Assembly (NCBI RefSeq): GCF_013122565.1
Contig: NZ_CP053258.1
Length of the DNA stretch: 64,000 bases
Direction: 5' to 3' (one strand)
From: Escherichia coli
GTDB taxonomy: Bacteria; Pseudomonadota; Gammaproteobacteria; Enterobacterales; Enterobacteriaceae
The translations under genes were made by a program, and so were the position numbers. This document shows, in pieces, positions 23,401 to 34,618 of this stretch. The notes below the pieces were generated by a model. It was not told the DNA's origin, searched no databases, and was given only the letters and a program-made list of their open reading frames with translations. Numbering within the stretch: position 1 is the stretch's first letter; every line of letters begins with the position of its first letter.

Positions 23401-24877
23401 CGTTACGCGCCAGCGGGCCGTTGATTGCCACCACCAGCTGATAAGCCTGCTCAAACTGGCTGTGCGCGGTTTGCGCCATGCTCATTTTCTGCTCAAGAGA
23501 GAGCATTTTTTCAGTCGCTTCCAGCTCTTTCGCCTGGAAGGTTTCCAGCCATTCGGCGGCGCTGTCGGCGGTTAAGTCCGGCAGATGGCACAGTTCTTTG
23601 GCACGATTAAGCGCAGCAATCGCCTGGTTATACTGGATCGCGCGCGTTTGCTGGACGTCCAGCGCCTGCTGATAGTCAGCAAGCTGGCTTTTCAGCTCGT
23701 CCACTTCCAGTTCGGCAGCTTCCGCACGAGCCTCGTTCTCTTCCTGGCGTTCGATGGCTTCTGCCACCACTTCGTTTTGCTCTTCCAGACGGATCTGCAG
23801 CTCATCAAGATCCGCTTCGTAACGTTCGATCTTCTCCTGCTGACGTAGTGCGGTTTGCACCAGGTTCAGGTGATCGCTGGCCGCCTGATAATCTGCTTCC
23901 AGATCGCCTTCGGCACCGTTGTGCTCTGCCAGCTCACGCGCCATATCGACGTGTTTGTACTGCTCAGCCGCCAGTTGCTGACGCGAAGTATGTAGCTCGC
24001 GACGAAACTCCAGGGCTTTGTCGAGATGGACACGGCGCTCGTTGGCGTGACGCATGTAGTCCGCCGCCACGTAGTTGGTGGCTTCGCTGATCAGATGCTT
24101 AAACAGGTCACGGTCCGACTGGGTGACACGAATCGCTTCCAGCGTCATGCGATTTTCACGCAGTGCCGCTTCCATGTCCTGGAACGCTTTACGCACCCCG
24201 CTGTTTTCCGGCAACAGGTAGTCGCGCAGAGAACGGGTAATGGCACTGGAGATCCCGCCATACAGCGAAGCTTCGATCAGACGATAGAATTTGCTACGGT
24301 CAGATGCGGAGCGCAGACGACGCGCGATGATGCCCAGATCGAACATCAGCGAGTGGTAATCGGTAATGGAGTTGAACTGTTTAAACTGCACGCCTTCCAT
24401 CGCCTCGAGCTTGTCTTTCAGCTCGTTAAGCGGCAGCACGCGCGCCTGGCGTTCGTTCAGGGTTTCGGTCACCAACTGCGTCGGCTGCACCGACATCGGT
24501 AAACCCTGAATGGCAAACGGTTTGATATCGACTTTACGATCGCGTCCGGCAACCTGTTGCAGACGCACACCGACCACCACGCGCTGGTGGCGCGAGTTAA
24601 TGGTGTCGAGCATCGAATAACAGACACCCGCTTTCAGCTTACCGTGCAGACCTTTATCGCGCGAACCGCTGGTGGCCCCGGCTTCCGTAGTGTTACGGAA
24701 ATGCAGCAGGGTCAGGTCGGGGATCAGCGCCGTAACGAACGCCGCCATGGTGGTGGATTTACCCGCCCCGTTACCGCCAGAAAGCGTCGTGACCAGCTCG
24801 TCAAGGTCAAAAGTTCGGGCAAAAAAGCCGTTCCAGTTAATCAGCGTCAGTGAGCGAAATTTACCGCGTTCAATCAT
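20417..24877 (-). CDS. mukB: Chromosome partition (condensin) protein MukB
   Basis: 1486-aa [26 protein letters not shown]…; Walker [10 protein letters not shown]; long coiled-coil regions. Confidence 0.97.
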   Translation of the reverse strand: MIERGKFRSLTLINWNGFFARTFDLDELVTTLSGGNGAGKSTTMAAFVTALIPDLTLLHFRNTTEAGATSGSRDKGLHGKLKAGVCYSMLDTINSRHQRVVVGVRLQQVAGRDRKVDIKPFAIQGLPMSVQPTQLVTETLNERQARVLPLNELKDKLEAMEGVQFKQFNSITDYHSLMFDLGIIARRLRSASDRSKFYRLIEASLYGGISSAITRSLRDYLLPENSGVRKAFQDMEAALRENRMTLEAIRVTQSDRDLFKHLISEATNYVAADYMRHANERRVHLDKALEFRRELHTSRQQLAAEQYKHVDMARELAEHNGAEGDLEADYQAASDHLNLVQTALRQQEKIERYEADLDELQIRLEEQNEVVAEAIERQEENEARAEAAELEVDELKSQLADYQQALDVQQTRAIQYNQAIAALNRAKELCHLPDLTADSAAEWLETFQAKELEATEKMLSLEQKMSMAQTAHSQFEQAYQLVVAINGPLARNEAWDVARELLREGVDQRHLAEQVQPLRMRLSELEQRLREQQEAERLLADFCKRQGKNFDIDELEALHQELEARIASLSDSVSNAREERMALRQEQEQLQSRIQSLMQRAPVWLAAQNSLNQLSEQCGEEFTSSQDVTEYLQQLLEREREAIVERDEVGARKNAVDEEIERLSQPGGSEDQRLNALAERFGGVLLSEIYDDVSLEDAPYFSALYGPSRHAIVVPDLSQVTEHLEGLTDCPEDLYLIEGDPQSFDDSVFSVDELEKAVVVKIADRQWRYSRFPEVPLFGRAARESRIESLHAEREVLSERFATLSFDVQKTQRLHQAFSRFIGSHLAVAFESDPEAEIRQLNSRRVELERALSNHENDNQQQRIQFEQAKEGVTALNRILPRLNLLADDSLADRVDEIRERLDEAQEAARFVQQFGNQLAKLEPIVSVLQSDPEQFEQLKEDYAYSQQMQRDARQQAFALTEVVQRRAHFSYSDSAEMLSGNSDLNEKLRERLEQAEAERTRAREALRGHAAQLSQYNQVLASLKSSYDTKKELLNDLQRELQDIGVRADSGAEERARIRRDELHAQLSNNRSRRNQLEKALTFCEAEMDNLTRKLRKLERDYFEMREQVVTAKAGWCAVMRMVKDNGVERRLHRRELAYLSADDLRSMSDKALGALRLAVADNEHLRDVLRMSEDPKRPERKIQFFVAVYQHLRERIRQDIIRTDDPVEAIEQMEIELSRLTEELTSREQKLAISSRSVANIIRKTIQREQNRIRMLNQGLQNVSFGQVNSVRLNVNVRETHAMLLDVLSEQHEQHQDLFNSNRLTFSEALAKLYQRLNPQIDMGQRTPQTIGEELLDYRNYLEMEVEVNRGSDGWLRAESGALSTGEAIGTGMSILVMVVQSWEDESRRLRGKDISPCRLLFLDEAARLDARSIATLFELCERLQMQLIIAAPENISPEKGTTYKLVRKVFQNTEHVHVVGLRGFAPQLPETLPGSDEAPSQAS

Positions 24878-25581
24878 TATTCTTCCTCTCCGCTATCTGG
24901 CTGATTCTCTTCGGTTTCATCGTTGAGTTGCAGATGATTTTCAATCGGCATTGCTTCGCCATCACGAATCAGGCGACGCTGTGCTTCACGGGGATCGTCG
25001 CCAGCACGCACATCGGCTCCGAAGCGGAACACCGATTCGGTAATGCGGAACTTGCTGCTGTCGTGGCCCATAAACCACACCATGCCTAAACGACGCAGAC
25101 GGTTGAGCGAAGAACGTACTTTTTCCTGCAACTTCTGACGGTCAACGTCTGAACCGGTTGAACGGTTGTTCACCAGTTTCAGCAGTTTCGCTTCATCGGC
25201 CAGGGTGAGCAGTTCGTCGTACAGTTCCTGTTGAGTAAAAATCCCCTCATTCGCCAGCCGTTCCGGGCTGAGATAGAGATAACAGAGGATTTTCCCGACC
25301 ATCATATCCAGTTCCGACAAGACGGAACGAGGGATCAGCGTGGTGGAACGTGGACGTAAATAGAAGAACCCTTCCGGTGCACGAATAAGCTCAACGTTAT
25401 AACGCGCGTAAAACTCTTCCAGATATTCCTGAAAATCCATCAGGAATGCATGATTATCCAGTTCGTCGAGGCCAATATGGCGGCCTGAACGTAAGGCGCT
25501 GTCCAGCGCCGGAAATAACGGATTCGCCAGCGCCTGCGCCAGCTTAACCGGCATCACTTGTTCAATATTTGTCGATGACAT
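24877..25581 (-). CDS. mukE: Chromosome partition protein MukE
   Basis: ORF 24877..25608; start placed at [21 protein letters not shown] (234 aa); stop overlaps mukB ATG (TAATG). Confidence 0.88.
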
Positions 25582-26884
25582 GCGCCTGTACCTTGGCTCC
25601 GTAATCATTAATCGGCTGCCATTTCGCTGGCAGTCCGGTGAAATCTGCTTGCGCTACGCCAAGACGTACCGCCTGATCAATAACAATGCGCGCAACGTCA
25701 AAGTGACGTGCACGCGGATACTGTGACAGATATTCGCGTACCACCAGACCAAGATCCAGCGGCACTTGTCTGGTTTTGTACACAGCAAGTTGTTCTTCGA
25801 TGATCGCCGCCAGCTGTTCGCGGATCTCGTTAAATTCTTCGTATTCCAAATCTGGCGGAAGTTCCCCAGTCACTTCTTCATCGCGCAGTGCCATCTCTTC
25901 GTCACGCATATCCAGCAGACGATCGGCATTGGCATAAGTTAGCGCCCACGGCTCATCAAAATAGGTTTGTACCGACTGACGTAACCGCTGAGCAAAGACG
26001 CGGTTTTTATCCATATCGATCGCGGTACGAATAAATTTATGTACGTGGCGGTCGTAGCCAATCCACAAATCGATGGATTGCTGGCCCCAACTGATAATAC
26101 GGTCGAGTTTGCTCTGCAGATCGAACACCAGACGATCGACAAAATGCAGATCGTCATGAGTCATCGTCGCATCCTGAATGCGCAACAGATTAGCCTGCAA
26201 TTTGTCGCCTGCCGCTTCCAGCGTATCCTGCAATTCACGCAGCGTTCCGGAAGTTTCCGAAAGCAACAATTCACAGCTGGAAATCGCCGCCCGCCAGTCT
26301 TTGTTCAGCAACTGGGCAATATCGTCCTTCACCTGCTGCTGCTGTTCGTCCATCAGACGTTGCGTCAGGTCGATACTGTCGAAAATTTCTGCTACCGAAT
26401 ATTTCAGTGGCGCATAGACATTACGGTGCCAGTGAAATTCATCACCGCCCTCTTCGGCGGCATCTGCTGCGCGTTTTAGCTCACCCGCCACAATCGACAA
26501 CTGCATAGAAAGACGCAGCGTAGAAAACTCGCGCTGACGGATGTAATAGTCAGTAATGCCGATGCCGAGCGGCGTCAGACGGTAAATTGCGTTCCCTTCC
26601 GCCTGCTCGCTGGTAAAGCGGTTCAGCAGACGTTGACGCACCATGTCGTTGATCGCGTTGTTGGCGCGCACGCCGATGGTTTCGCTGGTTTGCTCAAACG
26701 CATCACTCACATGGCGGAATGCATCCACCAGCTCGCCTTCACTCATCTCACCATCCAGACGCTCGCTGTTCAGCGTGGCAACCGCCAGCAGAAAAGAGAG
26801 TCGGTCTACCGGCAGCGAGATGGAGAAGTCATTTTTTCTGGCCCAGGCAACCAGTTCGGGGACTGTCTGGGAAAATTCACTCAT
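25562..26884 (-). CDS. mukF: Chromosome partition protein MukF (kleisin)
   Basis: 440-aa [37 protein letters not shown]…. Confidence 0.95.
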
Positions 26885-27666
26885 ACTTTATCCTTGCTCT
26901 GCGGTTTGCGCGCGGTGACATGAATATAACGCCCCAGGGTAATATACGGTTCCTGACGGCAATAACGCGTTTCTAATTCAAGTAATGCTTCATAGCAGTC
27001 GCGCTGCTGGTGCTTCTCGCGCAGATAATCATGAAACACACGAACGCCTGTCTTACCCATAATTTGCCAACCAGCTTCTTCCAGCCACAGATAAACCTGC
27101 GCAGGGTCGCGTGGATAATCTGGCGAAAGCGTCCGTTTTTTCTTTTTCGGCATTCCCGCCTGCACGTAATCAAAATTCCCGGCGACCATGTTATGCATCA
27201 ACAAACCATGCGCATTGTAGAACATTAACGACAACACGCCGCCTGGACGCAACACTGACCACAGGGTCTGCAATACGCTGCGGGGATCAGCCACCCACTC
27301 GAGCACCGCATGGAACAATATCAGATCAACGGGCGTTTCCAAATGCGAAGCAACATCCTGAGCGGCGCAATGTATAAATTGCATGTTGTCGCTCACACCT
27401 TTTGCTTCTGCCGCCTGTTTTGCGCGGACGATCATCTGCGCAGAAAGATCGCATAAAATAACCTGATGCCCACGCTCGGCCATTTTGATTGCAGTCTGCC
27501 CTTCTCCACCGCCCGCATCCAGCACACGCAGTTTTTGCGGGCCCATTTCCGCCAGCACGCGATCGAGATCCTGCCACAGAATAGCCTGTCGAAGCTGTCC
27601 TTTGGTGGTGCCGTAAATGTTACGGGAAAACTTTTCCGCAATATCATCAAAATTGCGATCCTGCAT
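26881..27666 (-). CDS. cmoM: SAM-dependent tRNA methyltransferase CmoM (SmtA)
   Basis: ORF 26881..27678; start at [20 protein letters not shown] (261 aa); class I MTase motif LDAGGGEG; ATGA overlap with mukF. Confidence 0.9.
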
Positions 27667-27801
27667 TGCTTTCTCCACCGGTTGGCTAAGACGTTTTCTG
27701 ATAAAGACGCTATTTTGTCACAGCCACGGCGAGAATGAACCCGTCTGGTGTAATATCGCTGGCGATCCCTTGCTATATGGTCAAAAAAGGAACCAGAAAG
27801 G

Positions 27802-28581
27802 ATGCTTTTTACACTGAAAAAAGTGATCGGCGGTATGCTGCTGCCACTTCCGCTGATGTTGTTAATTATTGGCGCTGGCCTGGCGCTGCTGTGGTTTAGC
27901 CGTTTTCAAAAAACCGGGAAGATTTTTATTAGCATTGGGTGGCTGGCACTCTTGTTATTGAGTTTGCAACCGGTAGCCGACCGGCTGCTGCGTCCCATCG
28001 AAAGCACCTATCCGACATGGAATAATTCGCAAAAAGTGGACTATATCGTGGTGCTCGGAGGTGGTTATACCTGGAACCCACAGTGGGCACCGAGCTCTAA
28101 TTTAATCAATAACAGTCTGCCACGCCTGAATGAAGGTATTCGCTTATGGCGCGCAAATCCGGGATCAAAGCTGATCTTCACGGGAGGCGTAGCAAAAACC
28201 AATACGGTGAGTACAGCGGAAGTAGGTGCCAGAGTTGCGCAATCGCTGGGCGTGCCGCGCGAGCAAATTATCACCCTGGATTTGCCAAAAGATACCGAAG
28301 AAGAAGCTGCGGCAGTGAAACAGGCGATTGGTGTCGCCCCTTTCCTGCTGGTGACCTCCGCATCACATCTGCCGCGGGCGATGATCTTTTTTCAGCAGGA
28401 AGGGTTAAATCCGCTACCAGCCCCGGCGAATCAGCTGGCCATCGACTCGCCGCTTAACCCGTGGGAACGGGCAATCCCTTCTCCGGTCTGGTTAATGCAT
28501 AGCGACCGCGTTGGCTATGAAACGCTTGGTCGCATCTGGCAGTGGCTGAAAGGTTCGTCAGGCGAGCCACGGCAAGAGTGA
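27802..28581 (+). CDS. elyC: Envelope biogenesis factor ElyC (YcbC), DUF218 family
   Basis: 259-aa ORF MLFTLKKVIGGMLLPLPLMLLIIGAGLALLWF…. Confidence 0.9.
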   Translation: MLFTLKKVIGGMLLPLPLMLLIIGAGLALLWFSRFQKTGKIFISIGWLALLLLSLQPVADRLLRPIESTYPTWNNSQKVDYIVVLGGGYTWNPQWAPSSNLINNSLPRLNEGIRLWRANPGSKLIFTGGVAKTNTVSTAEVGARVAQSLGVPREQIITLDLPKDTEEEAAAVKQAIGVAPFLLVTSASHLPRAMIFFQQEGLNPLPAPANQLAIDSPLNPWERAIPSPVWLMHSDRVGYETLGRIWQWLKGSSGEPRQE

Positions 28582-29451
28582 TTTTGATGCCAGATCGAAG
28601 TTGCGCCGACTAAATCGTCCGGTATTAACCAGTTGCGCAACTTCATCCCATAACACATACAACCAACGCCGCCAGATGAACGACTCCGCCACTGGCGCGC
28701 GTTGCAGGTAACTCCAGAGCAAATCTTCCGCCAGAGAATTATCCATTAGTCGGAACAGTTCGTATTCCCGCGGTGCCCAAAGCATTAGTCCCGGCCCGAC
28801 CATCGCCAGTAACTGATCGCTGCGCGAATCTTTCAGCATGCTGCGTAAACAGAAGTTACCGTGAATCAGCACACAATTGTCGTTAAAGCCTTCAAATAAT
28901 GCCGGGAGACATTCGCGAGTGCGGAACAGGATCCGCTTATCCTGCATCGTCAGACCGGTGTTATTGAACTGATTGAGCGTGGTCCATAGCACTTCAACAT
29001 GTTGCCGGTACCATGAGGGCCAGAAATTTTCCTGAGTATTGTCGACCGCGCCGACGCAACCGCGACTGTCCTGACGGTGCCAGGCCAGTAAGGCTTCAAC
29101 GATTTGGTCTTTGAGCTGTTCCCAGCGTTCTGGTGTTCGGGCTGGTGCTTCCACCGAAACACCACGCATCCGCTCCAGTAGCAGGACATCGGGGCCGGAG
29201 TGTTCTTCATGCGTCATCACACCATAAATAGTCGGCATACGGACAGTCCCACTTCTTGCCAGCATGGTGGTTTTCCATGCCAGCTGTCGGGCTTTTCCGG
29301 GCGTACTAAAGCTTCTTGCCATTAACGGCATTGGGTTTCCCTGGCTGTCATACAAAGCCCACAACGCCGTATCCGCTTTTTCATTGACGCACTCAATACG
29401 ACTGAGTTTTTCGCCCAGTAAATGGCTTAATTCGGCACGCAGCTGTTCCAT
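28558..29451 (-). CDS. ycbJ: Uncharacterised kinase-fold (APH/choline-kinase-like) protein YcbJ
   Basis: 297-aa ORF MEQLRAELSHLLGEKLSRIECVNEKADTALWALYD…; 3' end overlaps elyC 3' end by 24 nt (convergent). Confidence 0.88.
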   Translation of the reverse strand: MEQLRAELSHLLGEKLSRIECVNEKADTALWALYDSQGNPMPLMARSFSTPGKARQLAWKTTMLARSGTVRMPTIYGVMTHEEHSGPDVLLLERMRGVSVEAPARTPERWEQLKDQIVEALLAWHRQDSRGCVGAVDNTQENFWPSWYRQHVEVLWTTLNQFNNTGLTMQDKRILFRTRECLPALFEGFNDNCVLIHGNFCLRSMLKDSRSDQLLAMVGPGLMLWAPREYELFRLMDNSLAEDLLWSYLQRAPVAESFIWRRWLYVLWDEVAQLVNTGRFSRRNFDLASKSLLPWLA

Positions 29452-29561
29452 TCAGATTACCCTCATAAAAGCTACTGCTTTCATAATGAGCGCCAATATA
29501 AAAGATGTCACCTGAATGAGATCAATTGTTGAAAAGAAAAATTGAGGAAAATCGTAACGGT

Positions 29562-29595
29562 ACGACACTCCTCCCAAAATTGTCTGGAGTGTCGT
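29562..29595 (-). terminator. Candidate terminator hairpin after kdsB
   Basis: 10-bp stem ACGACACTCC / GGAGTGTCGT with 14-nt loop; moderately U-rich tract follows on kdsB strand. Confidence 0.4.
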
Positions 29596-29604
29596 GAAGT
29601 GAAA

Positions 29605-30530
<926 letters not shown>

Positions 30531-30581
30531 AGTTCCTCCAGATGGATCGGGTTATGAATGCATAAATCTTATCATAATCAT

Positions 30582-31814
30582 TTATGCGACGGGGTCTATT
30601 TCCCAGCCAGTGCGGCAATCAGTAAAGAGACCTTGCGGGCAGCGTCCTAATGTCACCCGCGTTGCCTGCTGCCAGCTCGCGAAATCAGTAATCGCCTGAC
30701 GTAACCCTTTTTGCAGCGTTGTCGTTGGTTTAATACCTTCCTGTAACCACAGAGAGATAACTTCAAGGATGCCTATCTGGCGATGCATTTTGGCATCCAT
30801 TCGCCCAACTAATTGCCCACGATGTAATAACGGCAGAACAAAATAGCCATACTGACGTTTCGGCGCTGGGGTATAGCACTCCAGCCGGTAGCTAAAATCA
30901 AAAAGCTGCTCTGCGCGTTTGCGATCCCAGACAACAGGATCAAAAGGCGAAAGTACCGCGCTGTGCGTTGCAGTGAGCTTTCCGGCCAGCGCACGCTCGA
31001 GTAGCGGCAGCAAATCAGCATGCAGCCAAAGATTGCCCAATTTTTCAACATGCACAGCAATGATTTGCTGCTGTTCAGCCCTCGCTTCACGCCACGCCGC
31101 CAGTGCCGGACGTTTCAGCCGATAGTAATCTGCCAGCCACTGTTCGCGGAATATTCCCAGGCTACGCGCACTGTTATCCAGCATGCTGATTTCTGCTTCT
31201 GTTTGCGAAACGAGATCGCGCTCATCATCCCAGTCAGGCATGACACGGTGGGTTAAATCATAAACGCGCTGGAAGTTACGCCGTTCAATCACCATCACCT
31301 TTCCGGCAGTAAATAAACCTTCCAGATGCCGTTTATGCGGCTTCCATTCCCACCAGCCGCTTGCACCTTTACGAGGATGCTCAAAATCGGCTGAACGTAC
31401 CGGCCCCTTATCATGAATATGCTGAATTAACTGTGCAATTTCCGCCTCATGTTCCTGCATCCAGGCGTCTTTGTATTTCCAGCCCATTTTTTCAGGTGCC
31501 AGCATGCGGTGGCGAATAAGACGAAAGTCGCTACGCGGCATAAAGCAGGCTTCATGCGCCCAGTATTCCATTAATTCGCCACGCGCCAGAGACTCATCCA
31601 GCCACTGGGCAGGATAATTTCCCAGACGACTGAAAAGCACCAGATATGGACTACGGGCAACAATATTGATGGTATCGATTTGCAGCAAGGACATGCGGGA
31701 GATAGTTGCCGGAATATCCTCCAACGACGCTCGACGGCGGGGTTTGTTTAACAGGCCTTGTGCGGCAAGGTGAAGATTACGCGCATCAGCAAGGGAGAGG
31801 TGCGGCAGCGACAT
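30582..31814 (-). CDS. ycaQ: Winged-helix DNA glycosylase YcaQ (AlkZ-like)
   Basis: 410-aa ORF MSLPHLSLADARNLHLAAQGLLNKPRRRASLEDIP…. Confidence 0.88.
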   Translation of the reverse strand: MSLPHLSLADARNLHLAAQGLLNKPRRRASLEDIPATISRMSLLQIDTINIVARSPYLVLFSRLGNYPAQWLDESLARGELMEYWAHEACFMPRSDFRLIRHRMLAPEKMGWKYKDAWMQEHEAEIAQLIQHIHDKGPVRSADFEHPRKGASGWWEWKPHKRHLEGLFTAGKVMVIERRNFQRVYDLTHRVMPDWDDERDLVSQTEAEISMLDNSARSLGIFREQWLADYYRLKRPALAAWREARAEQQQIIAVHVEKLGNLWLHADLLPLLERALAGKLTATHSAVLSPFDPVVWDRKRAEQLFDFSYRLECYTPAPKRQYGYFVLPLLHRGQLVGRMDAKMHRQIGILEVISLWLQEGIKPTTTLQKGLRQAITDFASWQQATRVTLGRCPQGLFTDCRTGWEIDPVA

Positions 31815-31850
31815 TCATGACTCCATCAATCGAACGCTGCCGCGGCGTAA

Positions 31851-32837
31851 CTAGTTGCCAGAAGCCAGCGAGGTTAGTTGCGTAAGCAGTTTCGCTGGTT
31901 CTTCACCTGAAAGCTGTGCGTCAACGGGCAAATACCACCAATTTTCTTCTGCAAAGGCCCGGCATTTCACCGCATCTTTTTCAGTCATTACCAGCGTTTG
32001 CCCGGTGCTTACCAACGCGCTGACATCCGCATGGTTCAAAGACTGATGATCGGCCAGCGGTACACATTTTTCCGGTTGTACGCCGCACATCTTCAGCGTG
32101 GCAAAAAAGCGCGGCGGATGCCCAATCCCCGCCATCGCCACTACATGTTCAAGCTGAGCAACGTCACAACGCGTACCGGTACGTAAATTCACCGCCTGAC
32201 CCGGCAGCAGATGCATGGGGATTTCACCGCTGCGGGGGACACCGCCGTTGACGATTACCGCATCAACCGACTTTAAGCGCCCCGCTCGCTCACGCATTGG
32301 CCCCGCCGGCAACCACCAGCCATTGCCAAAGCGACGCACACCATCAATAACGACAATTTCCACATCACGCGCCAGACGGTAATGCTGTAAACCGTCGTCG
32401 GTTACGATGATCTGCACATCAGGGTGTTGCGCCAGAATGGCTTTTACCGCATCAGAACGCACGGGAGAAACCGCAACGGGCGCGCCAGTGCGTTGATAAA
32501 TCAACACAGGTTCATCACCCGCCTGTGCTGTGGTGGTATCTGCCGACAATAACAGCGGATAAGATTCAGCCTTACCACCATATCCCCGCGATACGACCCC
32601 CACGCGAATACCGCGCTGTTGCAACTGTTCCACCAGCCAGACAACGACCGGGGTTTTTCCGTTGCCGCCTGCGGTGAGATTACCAACCACGACAACCGGT
32701 ACGGGGGCACGCCAGGCGCGCTTCAGTTTTAGTTTATAGCAAAGACGGATCGCGCCACTCACCAGGCCATACAAGCAGGAGAGTGGCAGCAATAGCCGCC
32801 ACAAAGGGGATTCACCAGACCAGATTTTTTCGATCAT
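31851..32837 (-). CDS. lpxK: Tetraacyldisaccharide 4'-kinase
   Basis: 328-aa ORF with P-loop [12 protein letters not shown]; 4-nt overlap with msbA stop. Confidence 0.95.
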   Translation of the reverse strand: MIEKIWSGESPLWRLLLPLSCLYGLVSGAIRLCYKLKLKRAWRAPVPVVVVGNLTAGGNGKTPVVVWLVEQLQQRGIRVGVVSRGYGGKAESYPLLLSADTTTAQAGDEPVLIYQRTGAPVAVSPVRSDAVKAILAQHPDVQIIVTDDGLQHYRLARDVEIVVIDGVRRFGNGWWLPAGPMRERAGRLKSVDAVIVNGGVPRSGEIPMHLLPGQAVNLRTGTRCDVAQLEHVVAMAGIGHPPRFFATLKMCGVQPEKCVPLADHQSLNHADVSALVSTGQTLVMTEKDAVKCRAFAEENWWYLPVDAQLSGEEPAKLLTQLTSLASGN

Positions 32838-34582
32838 TGGCCAAACTGCATTTTGTGAAGTTGCGCGTAAACGCCACGGTGCTCAAGCAAATCGTTATGC
32901 GTACCGCGTTCCACAATGACACCATCCTCGACGACCACGATTTCGTCTGCCTTTTCAATGGTAGACAAGCGGTGGGCAATCACCAGAGAGGTACGGTTTT
33001 TCTGCAACTCATCCAGTGCCGCCTGAATCGCACGTTCGGATTCGGTATCCAGAGCCGAGGTAGCTTCGTCCAGAATCAGAATCGGGCTATCACGCAGCAA
33101 GGCTCGAGCGATAGCAATACGCTGACGCTGACCGCCAGAGAGCAGCACGCCGTTTTCACCAATCACTGTATCGAGACCGTTATCCATCTTATTGATGAAG
33201 TCCATGGCGTAGGCCATACGCGCCGCTTCTTCAATTTGCTCACGGCTGTACTGTTCAGTCCGTGCGTAAGCAATGTTGTTAGCAACCGTATCGTTAAACA
33301 GATGGACATTCTGCGACACCAGAGCAACCTGGTTACGTAACGACGCCAGGGTATACTCGCGCAGATCGTGACCATCCATCAGGATTTCGCCTTCATCAAT
33401 ATCGTAAAAACGCGTGATCAGGCTGGCGATAGTTGATTTACCTGAACCAGAGCGTCCAACCAGAGCAACCGTCTTCCCTGCCGGAATTTTCAGGTTGATG
33501 TTACGCAATGCGGGTACGTCACGTCCCGGATAAGTAAAGGTGACATTGCGGAATTCCACGTCGCCAGTCGCACGCTCGATCACGCGCTTACCTTCGTCTT
33601 TCTCCTGCTCACTGTCCAGAATGGTAAACAGCGTCTGACAAGCCGCCATACCGCGCTGGAACTGGGCGTTAACGTTGGTCAGCGATTTCAGTGGACGCAT
33701 CAGTGCAATCATTGAAGAGAAAACAACGGTAATCGTACCGGCAGTCAGGCTATCCATGACACTTGGGAAGCTCGCCGCATACAGAACAAACGCCAGCGCC
33801 AAAGAGGCGATCAGCTGAATGATCGGATCAGAGATGGAAGAGGCTGAAACCATTTTCATCCCCTGAAGACGCATTCGGTTACTGACTTTATCGAAGCGTT
33901 TCGTTTCCACTTCCTGACCACCGAAAATCAATACTTCTTTGTGGCCCTTCAGCATTTGTTCTGCGCTGGTGGTCACCTGCCCCATTGTGTTCTGCATGTT
34001 TTTACTGATGTTACGAAAACGCTTCGATACAACGCGAATCGCAATCGAAACAATCGGTGCCAGCACAATCAAAATGATCGACAGTTGCCAGCTGTAATAG
34101 AACATCATGATGAACAGGCCGATGATCGACGCACCTTCACGCACAACAGTAATCAGTGCGCTGGAAGAAGAAGAAGCAACCTGTTCGGAATCGTAGGTGA
34201 TACGTGACAACAGCGTACCCGTTGACTGTTTGTCAAAAAATGAAACAGGCATTCCCATCATGTGACCAAACAGGCGGCGACGCATAGTCATTACCACCTT
34301 TCCTGATACCCAGGAGATACAGTAGCTGGAGACATAGCTGGTGATACCACGTAAAATCATCAGCCCGATCACCACCAGCGGCATCCACACCAGCACGGAG
34401 CGATCTGTTTTACCAAAGCCATCATCAAGAAGTGGCTTAAGGAGCGATAACATGAAGGTATCGCTGGCTGCGTTGAGGATTAACGCTACGCCCGCCACGA
34501 TCAGACCCGCTTTAAAAGGCGCAATGGTTGGCCACAGTCGGCGGAACGTCTGCCACGTAGAGAGATCTTTGTCGTTATGCAT
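32834..34582 (-). CDS. msbA: Lipid A / phospholipid ABC exporter MsbA
   Basis: 582-aa ORF; Walker [13 protein letters not shown] signature LSGGQRQR, six-TM N-terminal domain. Confidence 0.97.
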   Translation of the reverse strand: MHNDKDLSTWQTFRRLWPTIAPFKAGLIVAGVALILNAASDTFMLSLLKPLLDDGFGKTDRSVLVWMPLVVIGLMILRGITSYVSSYCISWVSGKVVMTMRRRLFGHMMGMPVSFFDKQSTGTLLSRITYDSEQVASSSSSALITVVREGASIIGLFIMMFYYSWQLSIILIVLAPIVSIAIRVVSKRFRNISKNMQNTMGQVTTSAEQMLKGHKEVLIFGGQEVETKRFDKVSNRMRLQGMKMVSASSISDPIIQLIASLALAFVLYAASFPSVMDSLTAGTITVVFSSMIALMRPLKSLTNVNAQFQRGMAACQTLFTILDSEQEKDEGKRVIERATGDVEFRNVTFTYPGRDVPALRNINLKIPAGKTVALVGRSGSGKSTIASLITRFYDIDEGEILMDGHDLREYTLASLRNQVALVSQNVHLFNDTVANNIAYARTEQYSREQIEEAARMAYAMDFINKMDNGLDTVIGENGVLLSGGQRQRIAIARALLRDSPILILDEATSALDTESERAIQAALDELQKNRTSLVIAHRLSTIEKADEIVVVEDGVIVERGTHNDLLEHRGVYAQLHKMQFGQ

Positions 34583-34618
34583 TCAAAAAACCAGCATTTG
34601 TTGAAATAGCCGCATATT

